Part shown: positions 41,172-52,628 of the stretch, one piece after another
Layout of the letters: each line of letters opens with the position of its first letter
Numbering within the stretch: the stretch's first letter is position 1
DNA from: Psilocybe cubensis
Taxonomy: Eukaryota
Assembly (NCBI GenBank): GCA_017499595.2
Contig: CM039002.1
Location: 2,232,001-2,296,000 of the forward strand
Length of the DNA: 64,000 nucleotides
Direction: 5' to 3'
Translations under genes and position numbers: made by a program
Notes under the pieces: model-generated
The model's database searches: none
Seen by the model: the letters and a program-made list of their open reading frames with translations, nothing else
Told to the model about the DNA's origin: nothing

Positions 41172-42898
41172 GTTGAGCAACAACGGCGATGACATAGCAG
41201 CCATCCCAGAAGACAAGGTCGACGCCACCCAGCACAACGAGGTCGACGCCACCCAACACGACGCCATCGACGCCATCTACGTGGAGTCAAACAATTCGGG
41301 GTCGGACGACGACGTCGGAAGGTGAGAGTCCGCGCCCCACTAGACGACCAGGTCGACGCCATCGACGCCAACGACAATAACGCGACGGCCAACGCGACGC
41401 AGCGAGACCGCGCCCCATCGACGCGAACAATGCGAAGTCAAGCAACGACGACGACCGAACCCGACGCACCGAGACCGCGCGTCGATGACGCCGAAAAGCG
41501 TGTCGACTTAGCTGGATCGTGACGAGGAAGTCCAGGGAGGGTGCAGGAGGGTACAAATCATATATATGTTAACGTTATTTATAGTTCGATTACGGAAGTT
41601 TTACCATCGATTAAAATATATATGTTTTCTATATATATAAGACGCGTCATGTACAGGCCTAGGGGAGGTGACGCCAAGGAACAGACATGTCGACTTATAA
41701 TTAGGCGCTCAAGGATCACGCTGTACATCGAGGATGTTTATGGTGCCAAAAAGTGATACGCATTGTATTACAAAAATTGCGTAAATATTTAGATTTGTAT
41801 ATACAATAGAGAATAAGATTGTTCAAAATGTTCTTGCCCAATTGAAGATAGTAAGTTGGAGAGTTGAAAGAAAGAAAAGTAGGAAAGAAATACTTTACTA
41901 GATGCGCACGACTCGCCGACGTAAACCTGCAAATTGGCGTCGAACCCATTTCGAAGATCGATCCTGCTTGGGGTAGTAGAACGAAGGGACCTTGGTGGAA
42001 TCGGGTGGGTAAGCATGGATGCTTCCCAGATATTGACCTTTTCCTGCAGCATTGAAGAGTCTAGCAGTGAAATGAGGGGCGTCGTCGGTATGGGATGGTG
42101 CGGCTATGGACCTTAAAATAGTGTGTAAGTAAAATTGTTTGATTTATGATGCAAGCTCACCTGGTTGCGAGTACACAGACTCTCAAGCCGGCACACTTTT
42201 GCATTCCAAGTGAGGCCTTCAACTTAACTTGGATCTCCTCGTCCTTCAGTGCAGTACTGATAGCATCCTTCAGTGAGTTTCTGTCCCAACCGAGGCGGTT
42301 TTGCGCTCCACGCAGTATATACGAAGTATGGTTCAAGAAAGGGAATGTACAGCAAAAGCGACGAAAATAGCAGGACATGGAGGAGTTTGGATGTCTGAGG
42401 GAAGGTATGATAGAGGATGAAAATGACGCAGTCGTCAACGATGGCAAATTCGGTCACAAGACGTTCAAGTTCTTCCCGCAAAAAGTTAACTACTGATTCT
42501 AAAGGCGACCCGTCCTCGTACTCCTCGATCCCAAACCACGCCTTCGCACCGATTAAGCGACGCCGAGAGCCACGAGAAGCTAAGAGAAACCTAGAGGGTG
42601 GCCCACCACACTGTGTACAAAATATCAGTTGAGCTTACTCTGCACGGGCGTTGTTAAATTGAAATCAAAGAGGGCGACACTCGAGGAGACTAGATGTTGA
42701 TAGAATGGGTAGTAGTATACGAACATGATTGATTGAATTACGATAGTTTGACTGACATCAACTTGAAGTACAGATTCAGATATATCATGGTTTGTGCGAG
42801 GTTTGACCACGGCGATGGGGATCCAGGGACCAAAACCAGAACCATGTTTTTATGTGTTAAACTCTGACTCTCGTGGCCTCCAACGTACTTATCTAAAG

Positions 42899-43477
42899 GT
42901 TGTTTCCAAGCTGGCAGTGAACCATCCTTCCAAATTCTTTGGGCATACCACTTACGCAAACCGCCCGGATCTCACGGCTCTCCGCGTCAGGCAATTAGTC
43001 TATGGGAATACAACACTGGGACGGGAGGGTGAGTGTGTTGTTTGCCATATTCTCATTCTGTTCTCCTTCCATAGCATACCAGGTAATGACAATTCGGGGG
43101 CAATGGCAGCGCATCTTATCTTCCACCTCCTCGGTTTGTACCCAGTTCCTGCATCTCGCCAGTTGCTGCTCTCGACGCCGTTTTTATCCTCGTATACTTT
43201 GCACAACGGCCTCCTCGGCACTGGCACGACTGTCACCGTTTCCGGCTTTGACTTGGCCACGCTTGTCAAGGCTCCTCCTACAGGAAGCCGGTTGTACGTG
43301 CAGAGCGTCACTATCAATGGCAAGAGCGAGCAGTTCTGTGTGCTGGATCCAGTTCGACGATCTCGTTGGAGGTGGTCAGATCGTAATCACGGTGGGCGCC
43401 ACCTCCACGAACAGATAGATGGCTGGGGATCGGCGTCGAATTCTTCACCTTCGTCTCTTGAAAGTGGAGGGTTCTAA
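42899..43477 (+). pseudogene. C-terminal fragment of a GH92 alpha-1,2-mannosidase
   Basis: AGSEPSFQ..YH/YANRPDLTALRVR, IPGNDNSGAMAAHLIFHLLGLYPVP, RLYVQSVTING. It has frameshifts, altered NEP/NDD motifs and no N-terminal domains. Confidence 0.75.
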
Positions 43478-43780
43478 CAAGAACCATTTACAATTTAAAT
43501 GCAACTACATCTTCTCTTTAGCTTTCTTTGCATGTACTATGTTCATTACATGCATATTGAAATATAAACCTTGCGCTTTCAAGATAGAGTCCACAAGTTC
43601 TGGTGGAAAAATGCCTCTGCTTTGTAGGTTCGATGGGGTCATGTTTTTTGCTTTTCTGATTCTACCATGCTGGCAAAAGCAGAAATTTATGGGCGGCCAT
43701 CGGCGTAGATACGTGCGTTTGACGCTCTCCTCAGCAGAGAAAATGGCGACAGGCACGGCGCGCTCTGTGACAGGTGCGCC

Positions 43781-44287
43781 TATCGGCTTTGCCATTCTTG
43801 AGCTTGAATTTGAAGTTCTCCGGGAAAACGCCAGGTAACATGCACCAAATTCCGTCTGATACCAACTCTAACGGCCGTCCGATCTGCTCCACCAACGCTT
43901 GAGCCATCTGGATAATCGTAGTCGTAGCGCCTCCTTCGAATGCCATCGTGCACCTTTACGCATGATATATCCGTAAAAAGAGTTCAGGATACATTTATGC
44001 GCAAGTTGTAGCAAGTCTTCCAAAAACTCTTGTACTCGTATCGCCAATCTCTGAAACGACGCAGGTCCTCCAGGACGCTTCGGAGGAAATGTCTCCTGGT
44101 TCAAAGCGCGTTTGATCATGTTAAACTCGTCCCGGTGTGCAGGGAGAAACTCTCCTGTCCAAGCCCAGTTTAGTCTGCGATCGCACGTCTTCCCAGGCCG
44201 GTTATAGTTGCACACAGCGCAAACAGACTCGTCGACCATGGTATCTGGTTGCAGTCAATTTGACAACATGATATTGGGGTACATGGC
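43781..44287 (-). pseudogene. POL2: Internal fragment of the DNA polymerase epsilon catalytic subunit
   Basis: [61 protein letters not shown](VS)DGIWC.LP..FPENF. It has a stop at 44255-44257, internal deletions and a frameshift. Confidence 0.88.
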
Positions 44288-44639
44288 CTGCGAGAGGAAA
44301 TGGTTCAGCGAGAGAGAGTCAAGAAAAGGGGGAATATACGTACCGAAAAAATGTTCGTCGTGATCACCGAGTTAAACTTAATCCTTCGTACTGGAGCGGA
44401 CAGTTGAAGAGGATGATCTAAAACCAATGTCTGTCTGAAAGCATACATCGACGGTGAGTGGATAACCTAGCGAATACGACATATGACACACCTTGACGCA
44501 TCGACACACCGCATAACGCCTCTGACAGTATCCTCCCGACAAGGAGACACGACCGACAGTGAGCACCCCTGCCTCCATCGATACCGAGGACAACGAGCAG
44601 AAGGCCAGAGGCTGACAATGATTGAGAGAGTCGTGGTTG

Positions 44640-46183
44640 GCGCCCCATATTGATTTACGACAACGTTGGCCACTTCAGAACCTACAAGCCGCATGTTATC
44701 AGATAACGTTACACTTGGTTTGGATGGGGCCGAAGAGAGGAACAATAACAGACCTAACGCGCGATTCTGACGAATCTCCGTCAAACTCATCGGAGACTCG
44801 ATAGTCACTTCGCATCCAGTGGCCAAGCTGCTGCCCTACAAATTTAACAAATGTCTGGCATCAAGGTCATTATCAACATGAAACCAGATATATAAGGCTG
44901 ACTTGAAGCACGGCAGAACCTTGGCCACGGCTACTTTTAACCCCTTCAAAGTGGGTGCTCGGACAAGACATCTAGATGCGAAAGATATCGACAAAAAGAT
45001 AAACGAGCACAAATTTTGAAGAAAGGAACAGACATACTTGTATTTTACATAGTCGGGAATAACTTTTCAACAAGGGTAATTAGTTTTGCAAACAAACAGC
45101 AACCAAAATAGAACGAACTATTGACTGCCCAGTCTTTGCCTTCAAATATACTATGCACGCGTACGGTAGGCTTCAGGGCTTCAGCTGCTAGCACAGTGCC
45201 GAGACATTGGTGTATGCGAGGACGGCCGCGTCTAAAGCGTTCTTTCCTTCCCATGGTGAAAGGGCTACATGGGCACTTCATGATCAAATAATGAATGCGG
45301 TGTCCAGATATCAGTTACACAGTTGAAAAAAATGAGAATGATACACTGACGTATGACCACGATATTCTGCGGTAATTTGCTGAATCGCAAGGGAACCCGA
45401 CAAGCTTACAGACCCAACAGGACCAGGTGCAAGGTGTGACCTGTCAAAATTTAACTTGGAAAGAGTCAGGAAAGGAGGATGATGCGCATACATTAAGCAA
45501 ATATCCATCTCTTTGTATGCGCCTTTATCGAGGAGAATGACTTTGCCCCCTCCGCCTTCTTCAGCTGTGGCATAGTACGAACGTTAAATTAGAGATTCGA
45601 GATGGGAAAATCATGAAGCTGAGGCAGACCTGGTGTACCCAGAAGAATGATCTTGCCAGAGATGTCGTGTTTCTCCATAGCGGCTTTGATAGCACATGCA
45701 ACAGCAACGCCTTCTACCCATCATGACGAGATTGAAGTTTAGTATACTATAAACTATCTTCATGAGCTACGCACCTGATATTCCTATCAAATTATGTCCA
45801 CATGCATGGCCGATACCAGGAAGCGCATCCATCTATATTTTAATCGCTCATCGTCAATCTAAAGCAGAATGAGCAGCCAAAACGCACCTCCGAGTTGATT
45901 CCAACGACTCTCCCCCCACTACCATGCTGAAAAACGGTTTGCCAGGCAGTTTTCAGATGAAAGTTCCTTGTCATTTCAAAGCCGTGCTTCTCGAGGAAGG
46001 AGGTGTAGACGTCGTGCGGAGGCTTAATTCCCGCAGCTCCTTGTCAAGTTCCGCGATCCTCTTTTCAATGGTCTCCAAGATATCCGGACGATAAATCTCA
46101 CTAGATCCCGGATGAGATGGAGCTGGCCATTGATTATCGTCCGGGCGTCATACTACAGAAGGAGAGGCTTGCGCGGCACTCAT
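44640..46183 (-). pseudogene. M20 family amidohydrolase (PM20D2-like), disrupted and 3'-truncated
   Basis: SEMDALPGIGHACGHNLIG, LLGTPAEEGGGGK, WEGKNALDAAVLAY, QQLKPTVRVH. In-frame TGA at 46148-46150, a deletion where the HPE motif is expected, and loss of the C-terminus. Confidence 0.82.
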
Positions 46184-46251
46184 GTTATATCAGCAGGACT
46201 ACGGCGAGCTTGAAATTGAATCGAACTTTGCTTCGGCTGGTATATTAATGG

Positions 46252-46703
46252 TGTCAGGGTTTCTCCAGTTTCCCCTCTTTATCTTCACAGAATTATCTTA
46301 TCCTTTCATTATCTTATCAATTATCTGATTAGATAGTTTATTTCTTTCATCACAGCCTTCTTGCTCCACTTCTTTCTAGTAAATTCTATATGATTCCTAG
46401 TCTTACTCATCCTTTTTCTATATGATGTCACTTTTATTCTTTAACCTTCCTTTATGATGTAATGTAGGGAATATTCTAGAATAGCTGTAGAGTATAAATA
46501 CTGGACTTGTAGGTAGCTGTAGCTTCAGCTTCAATCTCTTAGGATATCCACTATCTTTGGTGTGATCTCTTAGAACCATTGAATCTCTCTCACTCTCTTA
46601 TTCTCTCTTTGCTCTCTTACTCTCCCTCTGCTCTCTCTCTCTCTCTCTCTTGCTTAATATTTGTTGGTGGCCTTGTCACACTGATTATAGTGTTGCCCTG
46701 ACA
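46252..46703 (+). repeat. 5' LTR of copy 1 (452 bp)
   Basis: Direct repeat of 52177-52628, with one mismatch seen near 46659. TATAAATA at 46493-46500. Confidence 0.95.
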
Positions 46704-47194
46704 GAAGATTGAAGCTCTCTCAAGACAACTCCACCATCTCTCTTTCAACACCAAACTCTTCACCTCTTCAACCTCTTCAACACCATTACCTCAACCTTCT
46801 TCCTCCACTTCCAACCCACCAACCTCTTCATCAACCTCTCCACCAATCTTCTTACCAATCTCTACATCTCCACCAATCTTCAACATCCTCCTCAAGACCT
46901 TTCCTCAAGACCTTTGGCTCATCATTTTTCCTACTCTCTGTTGTGTGCTGTGTGTGAACTTAGTAGATAGGGATACCAACTGTTGGGGCAGACACAGTCC
47001 TACTAGTGTTCTGTTTTTGGTGGTCTAGGAAATATCCAGTAACCCTGTGATCCTAGGTTTAGAGCCCTGAGTGGTGTGACAACTGGGTATCCAGTAGATA
47101 GATATTTTTTTAGAATACTTAGTATAGTTTCAAGGGCACTTTCAGTAGATAGCTTCTCCCACACACACATCAGAGAGCCTACCTAACCCTACCC

Positions 47195-48298
47195 ATGGAC
47201 ATGGACCCCTCCCAATTGCCTCCCACCACTCCTTCTGTGGAAGAGCTCATGCATCAGGTCCAGCTCCGTACCCAAGAGTTGAATTTTCTTAGACAGCAGC
47301 AGCAGTCATTATCCACTCCACCACACCCTCAGCAACCAGTCAGTCAGTCACCATCACCACCACCACCACCTGCTGCTCTAGATATTCACTCTTTCCCTAC
47401 CCCTCATGTTGCCCCTTCCTGTTCACACTCTGCCATTAAAGTCTCACCTCCAGATCCATTTGATGGTTCTATGGAGAAGGCAGAAAACTTCCTCAGTTAG
47501 CTTAAATTATATTTCTATGGGAAAGGGATTACAGATGACTTTCAGAAAGTTATTTGTGCTCTATCTCATATGAAAGGAGGTACTGCTGGGAAGTGGGCAT
47601 ATGAGAAGACTAAAGTAATAGACAATGCTCAGTCCCAAGAAGGTCTTTGGGCTGACTTTGTTTATGAATTTAGGGAAGTGTTTGCAGATCCAGACCCCTC
47701 CAACACAGCTAAGCATAAAATGCACATGCTCAAGCAAGGCAGACAGACTGCTGATGAGTATGTTGCTAGCTTCAGGGCTCTGATCTCAGATACTGGGTAT
47801 AATGATGCTGCTTTGGTAGACCAATTCAAGGCTGGGCTTAATGAAAATCTCAGGAATGCAGTCTACTATGTTCCTGACATGCCCAAAACCTTAGATGGAT
47901 AGATTAAATGGAGTACTAGGCTAGATAGGCAGTGGAGACAGAGTGAGGCCTTTACCAAGTCTCTCTCCCCCTCCTCTTCTTCTCCCTTCCTTAAAGCCCC
48001 AACTCCCAAGGCTGTTCCTAAGCCTACTCCAAATCCTCCAGTCTTTTCCAATAGCAGCTCAAGGACCTTTGGTGCTCAGGCAAAGCAACCAGATGTAGTT
48101 CCCATGGAGGTTGACTCTGGATGGAAGTCAGTTAGGCCAATTGTTTGCTTCAAGTGCAGAAAGCCTGGTCATAAGGCTGTAAACTGCAGGTCATCAGTTA
48201 ACATCAATGCTATGACCCATGAAGAACTGGCTGACTACTTTGGGAAATTAATCTTGGAAGGCAAGGAGCAGAAAGATGAGGAAAAGAAAAATTTTTAG
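47195..48298 (+). pseudogene. gag of copy 1 with two premature TAG stops
   Basis: Colinear with the intact gag at 56406-57512. CAG>TAG at 47498-47500 and TGG>TAG at 47900-47902. Confidence 0.93.
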
Positions 48299-48306
48299 AA
48301 GCACCA

Positions 48307-51300
48307 TTGGTGAAAGACATGTCCCAATGGAATAGATTTAATGTACTAGAAAATGAAATTGACAGACTTGATTCTCAGTCTTCAGATTCTGGTGCAGAAA
48401 TCATGTCTTCTTCTTCCTCTCTTTCTACCTTCCCTGAAAAGATCTACATCCTCAACCATAATCCTAAAACCTCTACCCATTTGTCTGTCATCTTAAAGAC
48501 AATGGACACAGAGAAAAGGTTATCTGTTGATGCTTTGCTTGATTCTGGAGCTACTGGCCTCTTTCTGCATTCTGGTTTTGTGAAGTATCATAATCTCAAC
48601 ACAAGGAAACTTCCTAGGGCCATTCCAGTCTACAATGTTGATGGTACTCTCAACAAGAGTGGCTCTATCCATGAGGAAGTAGACTTAATTATGGTACACA
48701 AAAACCATACAGAAAGGGCCACCTTTGCTGTTTGTGACTTGGGAGACAAATCTGCTATCATTGGACATACTTGGCTTTGGCACCATAATCCAGATGTTGA
48801 TTGGAAGACAGGGGATGTCCAGTTTATTAGATGTCCCTCTGACTGCCAAATGGAAGCCAAAAGAGCCAGAAGAAAGAGGCAGAGAATAGCTGCAGTCAAA
48901 AGGAGGAAACTCCCTCAATTTGATGAAGAAGAAGATGATTCTATTGAAGATTCTTCTGATTCTGAGATTGAGCCTGAGGATAGAATTTTTATCTCATACC
49001 TTCATCCTCAGAAGCAGTCTATTAATGCTACTTCTACTATGTCTCAAAGATTAGCAGAAGAGTCTCATCAGCAAGCTGATTCTCCTAAGAAAACCTTTGA
49101 AGAAACTGTCCCTAAGCACTATCACCAGTTTAAAGGTGTTTTTTCAAAGGAATCTTTTGATAGGCTACCAGACAGAAAGCCTTGGGATCATGCTATTGAG
49201 CTGAAACCTGGTTCTGAACCTTACAGATCCAAGATTTATCCTCTTTCTCCCAATGAACAAAAGGAACTTGATGCCTTTTTAGAGGAAAATCTGAAGTCTG
49301 GCAGGATTAGACCCTCCAAGTCACCTATGGCCTCCCCTGTATTCTTTGTCAAGAAGAAGGATGGATCTCTTAGGCTTGTCCAGGACTATAGGAAACTGAA
49401 TGAAATGACCATCAAGAACTCCTACCCCCTTCCATTGATTTCTGACATCATCACCAAACTCAGCAAAGCCAAATACTTCACCAAACTTGATGTTAGGTGG
49501 GGATTTAACAATGTCAGAATCAAAAAGGGAGATGAATGGAAAGCAGCCTTTAGAACCAATAGAGGGCTGTTTGAACCATTGGTCATGTTCTTTGGTTTAA
49601 CCAATAGTCCTGCTACCTTCCAAACTATGATGAATGATATCTTTATTGAGCTCATTGATGGAAATGTTGTCATTGTCTACATGGATGACATTTTAATTTT
49701 CACTGAGACTCTTGATCATCATAGAGAGGTAGTCAAGCAAGTTCTGCAAATCTTAGAACAGAACAAACTCTACCTTAAAGCAGAGAAATGTGAATTTGAA
49801 AAGGAAAAGATTGAATATCTTGGACTAATCATTTCACAAGGCAGGATTGAGATGGATCCTGTCAAGGTAGAGGGAGTTTCTAAATGGCCTGAACCTGAAA
49901 ATGTCAAGGATGTCCAATCATTCTTGGGATTTGTTAATTTTTATAGAAGGTTCATAGAGGATTTTGCAGACATTGCTAAGCCCCTTCATGAATTGACAAA
50001 GAAAGGAACAGTCTGGAGATGGAGTCTTAGACAGCAGGAAGCCTTTGACCAGTTAAAGAAGAAAGTCACTTCTTCACCTGTCTTGATTTTCCCTGATGAT
50101 AACAAGCCATATAAAGTTGAAGCAGACAGTTCAGATTATGCTACTGGGGCTGTTTTATCTCAGGAAGGATCAGATGGGAAATGGCATCCTGTAGCCTTTA
50201 TGTCTAAGAGTCTATCTGAAGTAGAAAGGAATTATGAGATCCATGACAAAGAGATGCTGGCTATTATCAGAGCACTAGATGAATGGAGACATTATCTTGA
50301 AGGAACCCAACATTCCTTTGAGATTTGGACAGACCACAAAAACTTAGAGTACTTTATGGTTGCCCAAAAGCTCAGCAGAAGGCAAGCCAGATGGTCACTC
50401 TTCCTGTCCAGATTTGATTTTACTCTTCATCATAGGCCTGGTAAAAGATCTCTTAAGCCAGATGCTTTGTCTAGGAGACCAGATCATAAAAAGGGAGAGA
50501 ATGATAACCAAAATGTAGTTCTCCTCAAACCTTCCTACTTTAAAATCCAGGCTCTCAAGCAGGGTCATGCTACCATTACTGGTGCAGAAAATGATCTTCT
50601 TAAGAAGATTAGAGAAGCTAAGGAGATGGATGAAAAGGTGGTCAAGGCAGTTCAGGAGCTCAAGAAATCTTCTACCAAGAAGATTGAAGGACAGGAATGG
50701 TCAGAAGAACAAGGCCTTATTCTCTACAGGGGGAAGGTGTATGTTCCCAAGGACAAAGATCTTAGAAGAAAGATTGTGGAACTGCACCATGATGCCTTCA
50801 TTGCTGGACATCCAGGGAAATGGAAGACAATTGAGCTAGTCTCTAGGAATTATTGGTGGCCAGGAATGTCACATTTTATTGCAGCCTATACCAGAGGTTG
50901 TGATAGATGCAACAGAACCAAAACCTTTCCAGCCAAACCTCTTGGCCTTTTAATTCCTATTGAGATTCCCTCTGATGTCTGGCAATGCATCTCTGTGGAC
51001 TTTATTATGGGGTTACCAGAATGTCAAGGGTATAATGCCATTATGGTGGTTGTGGATAGACTTAGTAAAATGATCCACATTATCCCTACTACAGATGAAG
51101 TCACTTCTGAAGGGACAGCCAGACTATACAGAGATTATGTCTGGAAACACCATGGCTTACCCATTAAAATTCTGTGTGATAGAGGTCCACAGTTTGTCTC
51201 AAGGTTTATGAAAGAACTCAACTCAATACTTGGTATCCAGACAGCCTCATCTACAGCCTACCATCCCCAAACTGATGGTCAGACTGAAAGAGTTAACCAA

Positions 51301-52176
51301 GAAATTGAGCAGTATCTTAGACTCTTTATAAACCATAGACAAGATGATTGGGTTGAATGGTTAGCTCTAGCTGAATTCTCTTATAACAATAGAGTTCAGG
51401 CTTCAACCAGGCAGACACCATTCATGCTCAATAATGGCAGACATCCCAGAATGGGCACTGAACCCCTTAGAGATAGTAAAATGGACACTGTGGATACCTT
51501 TGTGAAAAATATGGAAGAAGCCAGGAAAGAAGCAGAGTCTGCACTTAGAAAAGCTGCTGATGATATGGCTAAATTCTATAATAGACACAGAGGTACTCCA
51601 ACTCAGTACAAAGTTGGGGATTTGGTATGGTTGGATGGCAAGGACCTTAAAACTGATAGGCCCTCCAAGAAATTGGATGATAAAAGATATGGGCCTTACA
51701 AAATTACCAAAGTTATTAGCCCTAATGCCTATGAGCTTAAGCTGCCATCTACCATGAAAATCCATCCAGTGTTCAATGTGGTTAAACTTCTACCTTATCA
51801 CCCAGATATTGTAGGAAGAAAGCCTCCTTCTAGACCACCACCTGTCATTCAAGGAGAAAATCCTGAGTGGGAAGTTGAATTTATCAAGGACAGCAGACTT
51901 TTTAGAAACAAACTTCAATATTTGGTCAAGTGGAAGAACTATCCTAATGAAGAATGCACTTGGGAGCCTGCAGAGCATTTGAAAAATGCTTCTAAGGCTA
52001 TCAAGGACTTCCATGCCAAACATCCTTCAGCACCTAGAAGGATTTCTGCTGTGACCTTTGATAGACTTTCTTTCACTCCTATTATTAACTTTACTGAACC
52101 TCCTCCTCTTCTTAAACCCTCTAAACTAACCCATCCATGTGCACATTGTGGAAAATGTGCCTTAGAGAGGGGGTGA
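48307..52176 (+). CDS. pol polyprotein (protease, RT, RNase H, integrase, chromodomain), copy 1
   Basis: LLDSGAT, YMDD, ADSSDYATG, HHDAFIAGH..CDRC, DDE core, GPY, WEVEFIKDSR..YLVKWKNY..CTWEP. Probably reached by a -1 frameshift. Confidence 0.96.
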   Translation: MVKDMSQWNRFNVLENEIDRLDSQSSDSGAEIMSSSSSLSTFPEKIYILNHNPKTSTHLSVILKTMDTEKRLSVDALLDSGATGLFLHSGFVKYHNLNTRKLPRAIPVYNVDGTLNKSGSIHEEVDLIMVHKNHTERATFAVCDLGDKSAIIGHTWLWHHNPDVDWKTGDVQFIRCPSDCQMEAKRARRKRQRIAAVKRRKLPQFDEEEDDSIEDSSDSEIEPEDRIFISYLHPQKQSINATSTMSQRLAEESHQQADSPKKTFEETVPKHYHQFKGVFSKESFDRLPDRKPWDHAIELKPGSEPYRSKIYPLSPNEQKELDAFLEENLKSGRIRPSKSPMASPVFFVKKKDGSLRLVQDYRKLNEMTIKNSYPLPLISDIITKLSKAKYFTKLDVRWGFNNVRIKKGDEWKAAFRTNRGLFEPLVMFFGLTNSPATFQTMMNDIFIELIDGNVVIVYMDDILIFTETLDHHREVVKQVLQILEQNKLYLKAEKCEFEKEKIEYLGLIISQGRIEMDPVKVEGVSKWPEPENVKDVQSFLGFVNFYRRFIEDFADIAKPLHELTKKGTVWRWSLRQQEAFDQLKKKVTSSPVLIFPDDNKPYKVEADSSDYATGAVLSQEGSDGKWHPVAFMSKSLSEVERNYEIHDKEMLAIIRALDEWRHYLEGTQHSFEIWTDHKNLEYFMVAQKLSRRQARWSLFLSRFDFTLHHRPGKRSLKPDALSRRPDHKKGENDNQNVVLLKPSYFKIQALKQGHATITGAENDLLKKIREAKEMDEKVVKAVQELKKSSTKKIEGQEWSEEQGLILYRGKVYVPKDKDLRRKIVELHHDAFIAGHPGKWKTIELVSRNYWWPGMSHFIAAYTRGCDRCNRTKTFPAKPLGLLIPIEIPSDVWQCISVDFIMGLPECQGYNAIMVVVDRLSKMIHIIPTTDEVTSEGTARLYRDYVWKHHGLPIKILCDRGPQFVSRFMKELNSILGIQTASSTAYHPQTDGQTERVNQEIEQYLRLFINHRQDDWVEWLALAEFSYNNRVQASTRQTPFMLNNGRHPRMGTEPLRDSKMDTVDTFVKNMEEARKEAESALRKAADDMAKFYNRHRGTPTQYKVGDLVWLDGKDLKTDRPSKKLDDKRYGPYKITKVISPNAYELKLPSTMKIHPVFNVVKLLPYHPDIVGRKPPSRPPPVIQGENPEWEVEFIKDSRLFRNKLQYLVKWKNYPNEECTWEPAEHLKNASKAIKDFHAKHPSAPRRISAVTFDRLSFTPIINFTEPPPLLKPSKLTHPCAHCGKCALERG

Positions 52177-52628
52177 TGTCAGGGTTTCTCCAGTTTCCCC
52201 TCTTTATCTTCACAGAATTATCTTATCCTTTCATTATCTTATCAATTATCTGATTAGATAGTTTATTTCTTTCATCACAGCCTTCTTGCTCCACTTCTTT
52301 CTAGTAAATTCTATATGATTCCTAGTCTTACTCATCCTTTTTCTATATGATGTCACTTTTATTCTTTAACCTTCCTTTATGATGTAATGTAGGGAATATT
52401 CTAGAATAGCTGTAGAGTATAAATACTGGACTTGTAGGTAGCTGTAGCTTCAGCTTCAATCTCTTAGGATATCCACTATCTTTGGTGTGATCTCTTAGAA
52501 CCATTGAATCTCTCTCACTCTCTTATTCTCTCTTTGCTCTCTTACTCTCCCTCTGCTCTCTCTCTCTCTCTCTCTTGCTTAATCTTTGTTGGTGGCCTTG
52601 TCACACTGATTATAGTGTTGCCCTGACA
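52177..52628 (+). repeat. 3' LTR of copy 1
   Basis: Begins immediately after the pol stop TGA and is followed by TSD AATGG. Confidence 0.95.

Larger units (their letters stand above)
46252..52628 (+). mobile_element. Ty3/Gypsy chromovirus LTR retrotransposon, copy 1 (gag defective)
   Basis: LTRs 46252-46703 and 52177-52628 (TGTCAGGG...CCCTGACA), 5-bp TSD AATGG at 46247-46251 and 52629-52633, PPT AGAGAGGGGG, gag and pol. Confidence 0.97.

Noticed and set aside
41200-41380. CRISPR-like array of GTCGACGCCA repeats
   Set aside because: Eukaryotic context, short irregular repeats without unique constant-length spacers, and no cas genes.
46709-46957. 82-aa ORF in the retrotransposon leader (also 55919-56167)
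   Set aside because: TTG start and low-complexity C/A/T repeats of the 5' UTR, with no domain.
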